Source of the DNA: Mycolicibacterium smegmatis
Lineage (GTDB): Bacteria; Actinomycetota; Actinomycetes; Mycobacteriales; Mycobacteriaceae
Assembly (NCBI RefSeq): GCF_001457595.1
Contig: NZ_LN831039.1
Location: forward strand, 5,370,001 to 5,402,000
Length of the DNA stretch: 32,000 bases
Direction of reading: 5' to 3'
Made by a program: the position numbers and the translations under genes. Below the pieces are notes generated by a model that saw nothing but the letters and a program-made list of their open reading frames with translations, searched no databases and was not told the origin of the DNA. The stretch's first letter is position 1. The number at the start of each line of letters is the position of its first letter. Shown here in pieces: positions 1-9,236 of the stretch.

Positions 1-626
1 TGATGGCGCCGATGATCGAGACGACGCCGCCGCCGGTCGCCATCGACAGTTCGAAGCCGTCGGCCGAGCTGGTCGAGGTGAACGCTCCGGAGATGCCGTT
101 GACGATGCCCTGCAGGATGGCGTAGACCAGCCCGAACACCAGTGCGGGAACGATCATCTCGACGGCGTGCTTGGAGAACTTGTTCCAGGCCCACGAGAAC
201 GCGTCGCCGACGCTGTAGGCGCCACCGAAGCCCGGCGCACCCACCGGGGCGTAACCCCCGGGCTGACCGAAGCCGCCTGCGGGCGGGTATCCCGCGCCTG
301 GTCCGCCCGGGTAACCCGGCGGCGGGTAGCCCGCCGCTCCCGGCGGAGGCGGCGGCGGATAGCTTCCGCCCTGCGGCGGCGGAGGCGGTGGGTAACCGCC
401 GGGGGGCGGCGGCGGGAAGCCACCCTGCGGAGGAGGCGGGTAGCCTCCCGGCGGCGGGGGTGGCGGGTAACCGCCCTGCGGTGGCGGGCCGAAACCGCCC
501 GGTTGCGCAGGGGGATAGCCGCCGTCCGGCGGCGGGGGCGGCGGGTAGCCGCCGTCGGGCGGCGGGGGCGGCGGGTAGCCGCCGTCGGGCGGCGGCGGGT
601 TGTTGCCCGGAGGCTGATCAGTCACG
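1..626 (-). CDS. pra: Proline-rich membrane protein (Pra-like); the 3' end runs off the window
   Basis: Absent from the ORF track because it has no stop inside the window. GTG at 626-624 lies 8 nt downstream of a GGAGAG SD (rc of 635-640). It translates MTDQPPGNNPPPPDGGYPPPPPPDGGYPPPPPPDGGYPPAQPGGFGPPPQGGYPPPPPPGGY..., followed by a hydrophobic C-terminal part (..AFSWAWNKFSKHAVEMIVPALVFGLVYAILQGIVNG..). Its position next to cbs matches pra (Rv1078) as I recall it. Confidence 0.8.
515..604. repeat. Three tandem copies of a 30-bp unit inside pra (encodes PPPPPPDGGY x3)
   Basis: Units 515-544, 545-574 and 575-604. Copies 2 and 3 are identical over gtagccgccgtcgggcggcgg. Copy 1 differs at 2 positions. 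The third copy decays at its end. Confidence 0.85.
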
Positions 627-881
627 TTGCAAGCTCTCCTCACCTCGGATAGCGACCGCGGCACGGCCGCGACTTTCTACCAGCACCTGGATGCGGCGCG
701 AACGAACAACTCCACAGGCAGATTACGCATCGCACGCGCCGTCGTTAGCTGCTTCGACATGGCCGCAACCTGCGTCGGCAAGACCACGGGCGGTCGTGTA
801 TGGCCGGTCATGGCGCCTTCCCGTCGGGTTTGCTGACCCTGAGCGAGCCCACCTTACCTGGGAAGCCGCTGACAGCAGCGC

Positions 882-904
882 ATTCCACGCGGCGTGCGCG
901 GAAT
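882..904 (-). terminator. Candidate stem-loop downstream of cbs
   Basis: ATTCCaCGC-ggcgt-GCGcGGAAT is a 9-bp stem with one mismatch, 29-51 nt past the cbs stop. There is no U-tract, which is common in mycobacteria. Confidence 0.3.
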
Positions 905-932
905 CTGCGGACGCGGCGCGGATGGGGGCAAC

Positions 933-2324
933 CTAGTGCCGGTAACCGCCCTCGGACAGGAACCCCAGCAGGTCGTGCCTGGTCAGCACACCGACGGGCT
1001 TGCCGTCCTCGACCACCATCACGGCGTCGGATTCACGAAGGGTCTTGGCGGCCGTGCTGACCAGTTCACCGGCGCCGATCAGCGGCAGCGGCGGGCTCAT
1101 GTGCTCGGCGACCGCGTCGGCCAGCTTGGCGCGGCCCTCGAACACCGCCGAGAGCAGTTCGCGCTCGGAGACGCTGCCTGCCACCTCGCCTGCCATCACG
1201 GGCGGCTCCGCGCCGACGACGGGCATCTGGGAGACGCCGTACTCGCGCAGGATCCCGATCGCGTCGCGCACGGTTTCCGACGGATGCGTGTGCACCAGGT
1301 CGGGCAGTGCACCCGACTTGCCGCGCAACACGTCACCGACGGTCTTCTCGACGCTGCCGTCGAGGCGGGTGCGCAGGAAACCGTAGGACGACATCCACGC
1401 GTCGTTGAAAATCTTTGACAGATAACCACGTCCACCGTCGGGCAGCAGCACCACGACCACGGCGTCGGGCCCGGCCTTGCGGGCCACCTCGATGGCGGCG
1501 ACGACGGCCATGCCGCACGATCCGCCGACCAGCAGGGCCTCTTCACGTGCGAGTCGCCGGGTCATCTCGAACGAGTCGGCGTCGGACACCGCGATGATCT
1601 CGTCGGGGACCGAAGGATCGTAGGCCGTGGGCCAGAAGTCCTCGCCGACACCTTCGACGAGGTAGGGCCGGCCCGTGCCGCCCGAGTACACCGAGCCCTC
1701 GGGATCGGCGCCGATGACCTTGACCTTGCCGCCCGAGACCTCCTTGAGGTAGCGGCCGGTGCCGGTGATGGTCCCGCCGGTGCCCACACCCGCGACGAAG
1801 TGTGTGATCTTGCCTTCGGTGTCGGCCCAGATCTCGGGGCCGGTGGTCTCATAGTGGCTCTCCGGGCCCATCTGGTTGGAGTACTGGTCGGGCTTCCAGG
1901 CGCCCTCGATCTCGGTGACCAGGCGGTTGGAGACGCTGTAGTAGCTGTCCGGATGGTCCGGCGGAACCGCCGTCGGGCACACCACGACCTCGGCGCCGTA
2001 CGCGCGCAGGACATTCCGCTTGTCCTCGCTGACCTTGTCAGGGCAGACGAAGACGCACTTGTAGCCGCGCTGCTGGGCCACCAGGGCCAGGCCGACGCCG
2101 GTGTTGCCCGAGGTGGGTTCGACGATGGTGCCGCCCGGTTTGAGCTCACCGCTGACCTCGGCGGCCTCGATCATCTTGAGCGCGATGCGGTCCTTGGAGC
2201 TGCCGCCGGGGTTGAGGTACTCGATTTTCGCCGCCACCAGGCCTGCCCCTTCGGGGACCACCGAGTTCAGCTGGACCAGCGGGGTGTTACCGATGAGCTC
2301 ACTGATGTGCCTGGCTATGCGCAT
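933..2324 (-). CDS. cbs: Cystathionine beta-synthase (PLP enzyme with C-terminal CBS-domain pair)
   Basis: 463-aa ORF. It has PLP-lysine motif GGSSKDR and the TSGNTG loop. The C-terminal ~120 aa look like a tandem CBS pair (..VRDAIGILREYGVSQMPVV.. and ..VMVVEDGKPVGVLTRHDLL..). Confidence 0.93.
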   Translation of the reverse strand: MRIARHISELIGNTPLVQLNSVVPEGAGLVAAKIEYLNPGGSSKDRIALKMIEAAEVSGELKPGGTIVEPTSGNTGVGLALVAQQRGYKCVFVCPDKVSEDKRNVLRAYGAEVVVCPTAVPPDHPDSYYSVSNRLVTEIEGAWKPDQYSNQMGPESHYETTGPEIWADTEGKITHFVAGVGTGGTITGTGRYLKEVSGGKVKVIGADPEGSVYSGGTGRPYLVEGVGEDFWPTAYDPSVPDEIIAVSDADSFEMTRRLAREEALLVGGSCGMAVVAAIEVARKAGPDAVVVVLLPDGGRGYLSKIFNDAWMSSYGFLRTRLDGSVEKTVGDVLRGKSGALPDLVHTHPSETVRDAIGILREYGVSQMPVVGAEPPVMAGEVAGSVSERELLSAVFEGRAKLADAVAEHMSPPLPLIGAGELVSTAAKTLRESDAVMVVEDGKPVGVLTRHDLLGFLSEGGYRH

Positions 2325-2353
2325 ACGTCAATGGTCTCAGGCGCGCGAAAGGC

Positions 2354-3391
2354 TCACCACGTCGCCTCACGTATGTAGGCGCCGATCTGCCGCAACGAGC
2401 GCTTGGCCTCGGGCACCAGGTTGCCCGCGATCTGGAAGACGTGCATCTGACCAGGCCAAACATGGACCTCGACGGGAACACCCGCGGCGCACAGCATGCG
2501 TGCGGCCTTGCGCGCGTCGCTGATCAGCACCTCCGAGCCGGACACGTGGATCAGCGTGCGCGGCAGGCCCGGCTCGATGTGGTCGAGCGGTTCGTAGACC
2601 TGTTCGCCGTTGCGCGCGGCGGCGGCCTCGACGATCTCGACGAGCGCGTCGAACGCCTTGGGCGGGAACATCGCGTCGCGCCGGGCGTTGGGGTGCTCGG
2701 CCCGCGCGCGGTTGTCGATCTCGTACAGCGGCGACATCGCCACCAACGCGGCGGGCACCTCGCCGTCGTCGAGCAGCCGTTCGGCCAGTGCGAGCCCCAG
2801 ATAACCGCCCGCGGAGTCACCCGCGACGACGATCTGTTCGGGTTCGTAGCCCGCGCGACGCAGCCACACGTAGGCGTCGTAACAGTCGTCGACGGCCGTG
2901 CCCACCGAATGCTTGGGCACCATGCGGTAATCGACCACCAGCACGGGGCTGTCGGCGTACTCCGACAACGAGGTCGCCATGCCGCCGTGGGTGTTGGAAC
3001 CGCACGCCAGGAACGCCCCGCCGTGCAGGTACAGGATCACGCTTCGGGTGCCGTCGGCGGGCAGTACCCCGTCGGCGCGGATGAGCTGCGCGGTGCAGTT
3101 CGGCAGCGCGATGGTGGCCTTGATGGTCCCCGGACTGGGCCGCAGCATCCGTGCCGCGAAGTTCAGCGCCCCGAACGGCCACGGGAGATGTGGCACACGG
3201 CTACCGATTGCCAGCGTCGGACGAATTGTCAGCATCGCCGCCAGCGAAGCGAGTCGACCGGCGACGCTTGTGCCGTCCTCGACGATCTCTACCGGCGCCG
3301 AGTCACTGACCGGAAATTTACGCGTGCGATACGCCCCACCTGGGCCTATGCCGGCACGAGGTGACCTGGTTACCTTGCTCGGTGCGGTCAT
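2354..3391 (-). CDS. Alpha/beta-hydrolase esterase/lipase, HSL family (LipU-like)
   Basis: Oxyanion motif LHGGAF and nucleophile elbow GDSAGG. The track start is GTG 3400. I prefer ATG 3391, which has GGGAG 8 nt upstream. It lies 29 bp upstream of cbs on the same strand. Confidence 0.85.
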   Translation of the reverse strand: MTAPSKVTRSPRAGIGPGGAYRTRKFPVSDSAPVEIVEDGTSVAGRLASLAAMLTIRPTLAIGSRVPHLPWPFGALNFAARMLRPSPGTIKATIALPNCTAQLIRADGVLPADGTRSVILYLHGGAFLACGSNTHGGMATSLSEYADSPVLVVDYRMVPKHSVGTAVDDCYDAYVWLRRAGYEPEQIVVAGDSAGGYLGLALAERLLDDGEVPAALVAMSPLYEIDNRARAEHPNARRDAMFPPKAFDALVEIVEAAAARNGEQVYEPLDHIEPGLPRTLIHVSGSEVLISDARKAARMLCAAGVPVEVHVWPGQMHVFQIAGNLVPEAKRSLRQIGAYIREATW

Positions 3392-3591
3392 CGCCACCAC
3401 TCCCTACGACGGTGTAGAACGGTGAGCTAAATCACTTCAGACAACCCGGGTAACTTAGCTTGACACTTCTGAGAAGTTCAACGTTCAAACAAGGCGTTTC
3501 GATACCGGACCTCCCACTGGTTGATACCGCTTCGTGATCGCCCCGCCGGTCCGCACCGCGGACAAGGGGCCGGACAGGGCCGTGGCGCACC

Positions 3592-3597
3592 TAAACT
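3592..3597 (+). promoter_or_regulatory. Candidate -10 hexamer TAAACT placed for a leaderless transcript of the GDSL lipase gene
   Basis: TANNNT hexamer, then exactly 6 nt, then GTG 3604. No SD is visible. Confidence 0.35.
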
Positions 3598-3603
3598 GAA
3601 CCC

Positions 3604-4557
3604 GTGGGCACACGTGCACCGCGTCGGTCGACCGTCGCCCTGGCGGCCGCGGCCACGCTGGCGTCAACCGGCTCCGCAGTCATCGGGGCGCGGAACCTGC
3701 TGAACGGGCAGGCCGCGCAAGCCCGCCGGACCATCCCCAAGGCCTGGGCCATCCCGCCCCGCGCCGACGGCGTCTACTCACCCGGCGGCGGGCCGGTGGA
3801 GCGCTGGGAACGGGGCGTGCCGTTCGATCTGCACCTGATGATCTTCGGTGACTCCACCGCGACCGGATACGGCTGTCACTCCGCCGACGAGGTGCCAGGC
3901 GTGCTGCTGGCACGTGGTGTCGCCGAGCAGTTCGGGCAGCGAATCCGGTTGAGCACCAAAGCCATCGTCGGCGCGACGTCCAAGGGCCTGTCCGGACAGA
4001 TCGACGCCATGTTCGTGGCGGGGCCGCCGCCGGACGCCGCGGTCATCATGATCGGCGCCAACGACATCACCAAGCCCAACGGCATCGGACCTTCGGCGCG
4101 CAGGCTCGGCGCGGGCGTCTCGCGGCTGCGCTCGGCGGGCGCGGCGGTGGTGGTCGGTACGTGCCCGGATTTCGGCGTCATCACGGCCATTCCGCAGCCG
4201 CTGCGCTGGTACGCGCGCAGCCGCGGCCTTCGGCTGGCGCGCGCGCAGGCGCACGCCGTGCGCGCCGCGGGGGGTGTGCCCGTCCCGTTCTCCGACCTGC
4301 TCACCCCGGAGTTCCACAAGACGCCGGAACTGCTGTTCAGCGAGGACATGTTCCACCCGTCGGCGGCCGGTTACGCGCTGGCGGCCAGCCAGCTGCTGCC
4401 CGCCCTGTGTAATGCCTTGGGCCAGTGGGACGGTGACGATGCCCTGGAGACGGGCGCGGCCGACACGTCCTCGCTGTGGTCGCGGCTGGGCGCCATGAGC
4501 CGGTTGTGGCGGCGTTCCACCGGGGTGCCCGCCCCTGTGGTTGCGGCTGCGAGCTAG
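3604..4557 (+). CDS. SGNH/GDSL-family lipase/esterase (Rv1075c-like)
   Basis: Block I IFGDSTATGYG, block III IGANDI and block V DMFHPS. The N-terminus is hydrophobic and signal-like (VALAAAATLASTGSA). Confidence 0.88.
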   Translation: MGTRAPRRSTVALAAAATLASTGSAVIGARNLLNGQAAQARRTIPKAWAIPPRADGVYSPGGGPVERWERGVPFDLHLMIFGDSTATGYGCHSADEVPGVLLARGVAEQFGQRIRLSTKAIVGATSKGLSGQIDAMFVAGPPPDAAVIMIGANDITKPNGIGPSARRLGAGVSRLRSAGAAVVVGTCPDFGVITAIPQPLRWYARSRGLRLARAQAHAVRAAGGVPVPFSDLLTPEFHKTPELLFSEDMFHPSAAGYALAASQLLPALCNALGQWDGDDALETGAADTSSLWSRLGAMSRLWRRSTGVPAPVVAAAS

Positions 4558-4588
4558 GTTCGTCTGAGCCACCTGATGAGGAGTTCTC

Positions 4589-5806
4589 ATGCCTGAAGCC
4601 GTAATCGTTGCCACTGCCCGCTCCCCGATCGGTCGCGCCGGTAAGGGGTCGCTCGTCGAGATGCGCCCCGACGACCTGGCCGCCCAGATGGTCAAGGCCG
4701 TGCTCGACAAGGTTCCCGCGCTCGATCCGCGCGACATCGACGACCTGATCATGGGCTGCGGCCAGCCCGGCGGCGAGGCCGGGTTCAACATCGGCCGTGC
4801 GGTCGCGGTGCAGCTCGGTTACGACTTCCTGCCCGGCACCACGGTCAACCGGTACTGCTCGTCGTCGCTGCAGACCACCCGGATGGCATTCCACGCCATC
4901 AAGGCCGGTGAGGGGCACGCGTTCATCTCCGCGGGCGTCGAGACCGTCTCGCGCTTCGCCAAGGGCAACGCCGACGGCTGGCCCGACACCAAGAACCCGC
5001 TGTACGCCGACGCCATGAAGCGTTCCGATGAGGCGGCCGCGGGTGCCGAGGAATGGCACGACCCGCGTGAGGACGGCGCGCTGCCCGACGTCTACATCGC
5101 CATGGGCCAGACCGCCGAGAACGTCGCGCTGCACACCGGCATCAGCCGTGAGGACCAGGACCACTGGGGCGTCCGCTCGCAGAACCGCGCCGAGGAGGCC
5201 ATCAACAGCGGCTTCTTCGAGCGTGAGATCACGCCGGTGACGCTGCCCGACGGCACCGTGGTGTCCAAGGACGACGGCCCGCGCGCCGGCACCACCTACG
5301 AGAAGATCAGCCAGCTCAAGCCGGTGTTCCGGCCCAACGGCACGGTCACCGCGGGCAACGCCTGCCCGCTCAACGACGGCGCCGCGGCGCTCGTGGTGAT
5401 GTCCGATGTGCGCGCCAAGGAACTCGGCCTGACACCGCTGGCCCGCATCGTGTCGACGGGTGTTTCGGGGCTGTCGCCCGAGATCATGGGCCTCGGCCCG
5501 ATCGAGGCCGTCAAGAAGGCCCTCGCCAACGCGAACATGACGATCGGCGACATCGACCTCTACGAGATCAACGAGGCGTTCGCGGTGCAGGTCCTCGGCT
5601 CGGCACGCGCGCTCGGCATGGACGAGGACAAGCTCAACGTCTCGGGCGGTGCGATCGCGCTCGGCCATCCGTTCGGGATGACCGGTGCCCGCATCACCGC
5701 GACGCTGCTCAACAATCTGCAGACCCACGACAAGACCTTCGGCATCGAGACCATGTGTGTCGGTGGCGGTCAGGGCATGGCAATGGTCGTGGAGCGCCTC
5801 TCCTAG
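4589..5806 (+). CDS. fadA3: Acetyl-CoA C-acetyltransferase (thiolase)
   Basis: GAGGAG SD before ATG 4589. Thiolase motifs are NRYCSSSLQ (active Cys), NEAFA, GHPFGMTGAR and CVGGGQG. The symbol is assigned from synteny recall only. Confidence 0.92.
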   Translation: MPEAVIVATARSPIGRAGKGSLVEMRPDDLAAQMVKAVLDKVPALDPRDIDDLIMGCGQPGGEAGFNIGRAVAVQLGYDFLPGTTVNRYCSSSLQTTRMAFHAIKAGEGHAFISAGVETVSRFAKGNADGWPDTKNPLYADAMKRSDEAAAGAEEWHDPREDGALPDVYIAMGQTAENVALHTGISREDQDHWGVRSQNRAEEAINSGFFEREITPVTLPDGTVVSKDDGPRAGTTYEKISQLKPVFRPNGTVTAGNACPLNDGAAALVVMSDVRAKELGLTPLARIVSTGVSGLSPEIMGLGPIEAVKKALANANMTIGDIDLYEINEAFAVQVLGSARALGMDEDKLNVSGGAIALGHPFGMTGARITATLLNNLQTHDKTFGIETMCVGGGQGMAMVVERLS

Positions 5807-5824
5807 TCGGTACGTGCACGCTGC

Positions 5825-5857
5825 GGCGCGGGTCACCGGTCGGTCCGGCCCCGCGCC
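5825..5857 (+). terminator. GC-rich stem-loop after the thiolase gene
   Basis: GGCGCGGG (5825-5832) pairs with CCCGCGCC (5850-5857), and an inner CCGG/CCGG pairing is possible. It lies 19 nt after the stop and has no U-tract. Confidence 0.5.
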
Positions 5858-5899
5858 GCGGCGTCGAATCCTCGGGTGACCCCATAGAATGCCGTCCCG

Positions 5900-7102
5900 A
5901 TGACCACCATCGGAACGCCGCTGTCACCGCGCGCCACGAAAGTCATGCTGCTGGGCTCGGGTGAGCTGGGCCGCGAAGTGCTGATCGCGCTGCAGCGCCT
6001 CGGCGTCGAGACCATCGCCGTCGACCGCTACGAGAACGCGCCCGGCCACCAGGTCGCCCACCACGCGCGCACCATCGCGATGTCAGACCCGGATCAGCTG
6101 CGGGCGCTCATCGAGGCCGAGCGGCCCGATCTGGTGGTCCCCGAGATCGAGGCCATCGCCACCCCGGTCCTGGAGGCCCTTGAGGCCGAGGGCGTGACGA
6201 CGGTGATCCCCACCGCCCGCGCGACCCGCCTGACCATGGACCGCGAGGGCATCCGTCGTCTGGCCGCCGAGACCCTGGGCGTGCCGACCAGCCCGTACCG
6301 GTTCTGCGACTCGCTCGCCGAACTGCAGGCCGCCATCGACGACGAGATCGGCTACCCGTGCGTCGTCAAGCCCGTGATGAGCAGTTCCGGCAAAGGCCAG
6401 TCGAAGATCAACGGACCCGACGAGGTCGCCGCGGCCTGGGAGTACGCCATGGCCGGCGGCCGGGTCAGCCACACCCGGATCATCGTGGAGGGGTTCGTCG
6501 ACTTCGATTACGAGATCACGCTTCTGACGGTGCGCGCGCGAGGCGCCGACGGCGAGATCGCGACGCAGTTCTGCGAGCCCATCGGTCACCGGCAGGTCGG
6601 CGGTGACTACGTCGAGAGCTGGCAGCCGCATCCGATGCCCGCGACCGCGCTCGAACGCGCCCAGGAGATCGCCGGTGCGGTGACCGGAAACCTCGGCGGT
6701 CAGGGCATCTTCGGCGTCGAACTGTTCGTCAAGGGCGACCAGGTCTGGTTCAGCGAGGTCAGCCCGCGTCCGCACGACACCGGCATGGTGACGATGGTGA
6801 CGCAGTGGCAGAACGAGTTCGAACTGCACGCCCGCGCCATCCTCGGCCTGCCCGTCGACACCACGCTGCGGGCCCCGGGCGCCAGCGCGGTGATCTACGG
6901 CGGCGTGGACGCCACCGGCGTCGTGTTCGACGGGGTCGACGCCGCACTGCAGGTGCCGCACACCGACATCCGGCTGTTCGGCAAGCCCGAGAGCTTCGTC
7001 AAACGCCGCATGGGCGTCGCGCTGGCGTTCGACGACGACGTCCAGACCGCGCGCCGCAACGCCGCCGAGGCAGCCAGCCGGATGAAGCCGCGGGCCGTCT
7101 GA
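5900..7102 (+). CDS. purT: Formate-dependent phosphoribosylglycinamide formyltransferase (GAR transformylase 2)
   Basis: 400 aa. The N-terminus [29 protein letters not shown] and the ATP-grasp body are typical of PurT. A TAGAAT -10-like hexamer sits at 5885-5890. Confidence 0.92.
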   Translation: MTTIGTPLSPRATKVMLLGSGELGREVLIALQRLGVETIAVDRYENAPGHQVAHHARTIAMSDPDQLRALIEAERPDLVVPEIEAIATPVLEALEAEGVTTVIPTARATRLTMDREGIRRLAAETLGVPTSPYRFCDSLAELQAAIDDEIGYPCVVKPVMSSSGKGQSKINGPDEVAAAWEYAMAGGRVSHTRIIVEGFVDFDYEITLLTVRARGADGEIATQFCEPIGHRQVGGDYVESWQPHPMPATALERAQEIAGAVTGNLGGQGIFGVELFVKGDQVWFSEVSPRPHDTGMVTMVTQWQNEFELHARAILGLPVDTTLRAPGASAVIYGGVDATGVVFDGVDAALQVPHTDIRLFGKPESFVKRRMGVALAFDDDVQTARRNAAEAASRMKPRAV

Positions 7103-7135
7103 GCCACGCCGCCACAAGAACCGCGGCCACAAGAA

Positions 7136-7163
7136 AAAGGCGCCCGCTGTCGCGGACGCCTTT
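7136..7163. terminator. Bidirectional intrinsic terminator between convergent purT and the BI-1 gene
   Basis: AAAGGCGcCCGC-tgtc-GCGGaCGCCTTT is a 12-bp stem with one mismatch. It is flanked by an A-run upstream and TTTCT downstream, so it reads as a hairpin plus U-tract on both strands. Confidence 0.7.
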
Positions 7164-7177
7164 CTCGGGTGTGACTG

Positions 7178-8014
7178 CTAGTCGTTGTTGAAGTACGACA
7201 GCAGTCGCAGGATCTCGATGTACAGCCAGACCAGGGTCACGGTCAGGCCGAGGGCGATGCCCCAGGCGGCCTTCTCGGGCGCGCCGGCGCGGATCATCTG
7301 ATCGGCTGCGTCGAAGTCGATCAGGAAGCTGAACGCGGCCAGGCCGATGCACAGCAGCGAGAACCCGATGGCCAGCGGGCCACCGTCGGTCAGCGGGGCG
7401 TTGCCGGTGAAGATCGCGAACAGGATGTTGACGATCGCGAGCGCGACCACACCGAAGATGCCGGCGATGATCATGCGGGTGAACTTCGGGGTCACGCGGA
7501 TGGCGCCGGTCTTGTAGACCACCAGCATGCCGAAGAACACACCGAAGGTGGCGACCACCGCCTGGAAGATCATCGCGGGGCCGCCGCTGGAGACCAGGTT
7601 CGCGAACAGGAACGATGCCGAGCCGACGAACAGACCCTCGAACGCCGCGTAGCTCAGCACGATCGCCGGGTTGTCCTGCTTGCGCCCGAACGTCGCGATG
7701 AGGACCAGGACCAGGCCGCCGATCGAGCCGAGGAAGAACGTCGGCATCATCAGGCCGGGGTTGCCTGCGACGAGGAAGTAGGACACCACACCGACGAGCG
7801 ACACGATGGCCAGCGAGATACCGGTCCGCGTGACGACATCGTCGATGGTCAGCGGGCGGGCGACGCCGGGCTGCTGCTTGTCGAGGTACTCAGGCGCATA
7901 CTGCTGTGCGTGCACCTGCTGCGCACCGTAGCCTGCGGCTCCGGTACCAAATGTTGCGTATCCGCCCTGCGTCTTGGGCAGGCTGCGGAATACCGGGTTG
8001 CTGCTCTCGCGCAC
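7178..8014 (-). CDS. Bax-inhibitor-1/YccA family integral membrane protein (Rv1072-like)
   Basis: GTG 8014 is preceded by a GGAGAGGAA SD. The 278-aa product has about 7 hydrophobic spans and the typical N-terminus ..NPVFRSL.. Confidence 0.85.
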   Translation of the reverse strand: MRESSNPVFRSLPKTQGGYATFGTGAAGYGAQQVHAQQYAPEYLDKQQPGVARPLTIDDVVTRTGISLAIVSLVGVVSYFLVAGNPGLMMPTFFLGSIGGLVLVLIATFGRKQDNPAIVLSYAAFEGLFVGSASFLFANLVSSGGPAMIFQAVVATFGVFFGMLVVYKTGAIRVTPKFTRMIIAGIFGVVALAIVNILFAIFTGNAPLTDGGPLAIGFSLLCIGLAAFSFLIDFDAADQMIRAGAPEKAAWGIALGLTVTLVWLYIEILRLLSYFNND

Positions 8015-8177
8015 CGTGGTTCCTCTCCTATGAGATGTGTTCGGGTTACGAACTACATGGTCAACGTTCGAAGATCTCGGCGGGTTCCCTCTTGAGGGAG
8101 AAAAACTCCCAGGAAACTTCCAGGTTTCGATCTTGCGGCAAACCCTACCCGGCGCGCGAGCGCCACGGGGATCGAAC

Positions 8178-8183
8178 TACATT
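8178..8183 (+). promoter_or_regulatory. Candidate -10 hexamer TACATT placed for a leaderless echA9 transcript
   Basis: TANNNT hexamer, then 6 nt (gcaatc), then GTG 8190. There is no SD. Confidence 0.35.
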
Positions 8184-8189
8184 GCAATC

Positions 8190-9236
8190 GTGACAGAAAA
8201 CGAGGACATCCTAGTAAATGTCCGCAACGGTGTCGGCATCCTCACGCTGAACCGCCCCAAGGCGATCAACTCGCTGACCGAAGCCATGGTCGCGGAGATC
8301 GGCAAGGCACTCCACGCATGGGAGAACGACGACTCCGTCCACACCGTGCTGCTCACCGGTGCCGGTGAGCGGGGTCTGTGTGCCGGCGGCGACGTCGTGG
8401 CGCTCTATCACAGCGCGAAGGCCGGCGGCGCGGACGCGCGCCGATTCTGGTACGACGAGTACCTGGTCAACGCCTACATCGGCAATTACCCCAAACCGTA
8501 CGTCGCCGTGATGGACGGCATCGTGATGGGCGGTGGCGTCGGCGTGGCCGGCCACGGCAGCATCCGGGTGGTCACCGACACCACCAAGATGGCGATGCCC
8601 GAGGTCGGCATCGGCTTCGTTCCCGACGTGGGCGGCACCTATCTGCTCTCGCGCGCCCCCGGCGCGCTCGGTCTGCACGCCGCGCTCACGGGTGCGCCGT
8701 TCTCGGGGGCCGACGCGATCGCCATGGGCTTCGCCGATCACTATGTGCCGCACGACAAGCTCGCCGATTTCATCGAGTCCGTCGTTGCCGAAGGTGTCGA
8801 GCAGGCCCTGTCCGCGCACGCCGTTGAACCGCCGGCCAGCGCCCTGATGGAACAGCGGGCCTGGATCGACGAGTCCTACGCGGGCGCGACGGTCGCCGAC
8901 ATCCTCGCGGCGCTGCAGAACCACGACGCCCCGGAGGCCAGGGCCGCCGCCGATCTGATCGCCACGCGCTCCCCCGTCGCGCTGGCGGTGACGCTTGAGG
9001 CGGTGCGCCGGGCCGAGAAACTGGACACCCTCGAAGAGGCGCTGCGCCAGGAGTACCGGATCTCCAGCGCCGCGGTGAGATCGCATGATTTCGTCGAGGG
9101 CATCCGGGCCCAGTTGGTGGACAAGGACCGCAACCCGAAGTGGTCACCCGCCTCGATCGCCGATGTCACCCAGGCCGACATCGACGCCTATTTCGTTCCG
9201 GCGGACCCGGAACTGGAGTTCGAGAAGGAGAACTGA
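8190..9236 (+). CDS. echA9: Enoyl-CoA hydratase/isomerase family protein, 3-hydroxyisobutyryl-CoA hydrolase type
   Basis: The track ORF starts at 8037, but its first 51 codons have poor third-position GC. The in-frame GTG 8190 gives [29 protein letters not shown], a typical crotonase N-terminus. Motifs are [15 protein letters not shown] and GIVMGGGVG, with a long C-terminal extension as in HIBYL-CoA hydrolases. Confidence 0.88.
   Translation: MTENEDILVNVRNGVGILTLNRPKAINSLTEAMVAEIGKALHAWENDDSVHTVLLTGAGERGLCAGGDVVALYHSAKAGGADARRFWYDEYLVNAYIGNYPKPYVAVMDGIVMGGGVGVAGHGSIRVVTDTTKMAMPEVGIGFVPDVGGTYLLSRAPGALGLHAALTGAPFSGADAIAMGFADHYVPHDKLADFIESVVAEGVEQALSAHAVEPPASALMEQRAWIDESYAGATVADILAALQNHDAPEARAAADLIATRSPVALAVTLEAVRRAEKLDTLEEALRQEYRISSAAVRSHDFVEGIRAQLVDKDRNPKWSPASIADVTQADIDAYFVPADPELEFEKEN

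Noticed and set aside
250-610. Periodic G-rich repeats considered as a CRISPR-like or G-quadruplex array
   Set aside because: The repeats are contiguous with no unique spacers and lie in frame within a coding region that encodes the proline-rich arm. The periodicity is explained by the protein repeat.
677-811. 44-codon minus-strand ORF (MTGHTRPPVVLPTQVAAMSKQ..) in the 306-bp gap between cbs and pra
   Set aside because: It has only a weak, too-close GGAAGG before the ATG, intermediate codon bias and no recognisable features. The gap is more simply the pra promoter and 5' UTR. It would be worth a look only if ribosome profiling shows signal.
142-936. 264-aa plus-strand ORF and other ORFs over the first 650 bp
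   Set aside because: They are the opposite-strand and out-of-frame readings of the proline-rich repeat region. The minus-strand frame starting at GTG 626 has an SD, a coherent PPPGGY repeat and a hydrophobic C-terminal domain.
3460-3465. Consensus -35 TTGACA as the promoter of the GDSL lipase gene
   Set aside because: No TANNNT hexamer lies 16-19 bp downstream on the plus strand. The better candidate -10 (TAAACT, 3592) is 126 bp away.
4337-5836. 499-aa minus-strand ORF opposite the thiolase gene
   Set aside because: It has Arg/Gly/Asp/His-rich low-information composition and no recognisable motif. It is fully antisense to a CDS with textbook thiolase motifs, which is a typical GC-rich shadow ORF.
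6083-7132. 349-aa minus-strand ORF opposite purT
   Set aside because: This is another shadow ORF of a confidently identified gene. Its composition is dominated by R, G, D, A and H.
8037-8189. Upstream extensions of echA9 (8037), echA8 (9140), the Rv1069c-like gene (9975), B1 (25218), B2 (28662), SDR (30200) and MerR-STAND (22204)
   Set aside because: Each extension has poor third-position GC or overlaps the preceding gene. Each also adds residues in front of a canonical N-terminus (crotonase start, signal peptide, Rossmann TGxxxGIG or MerR HTH). Better-placed internal starts with an SD or -10 geometry exist.
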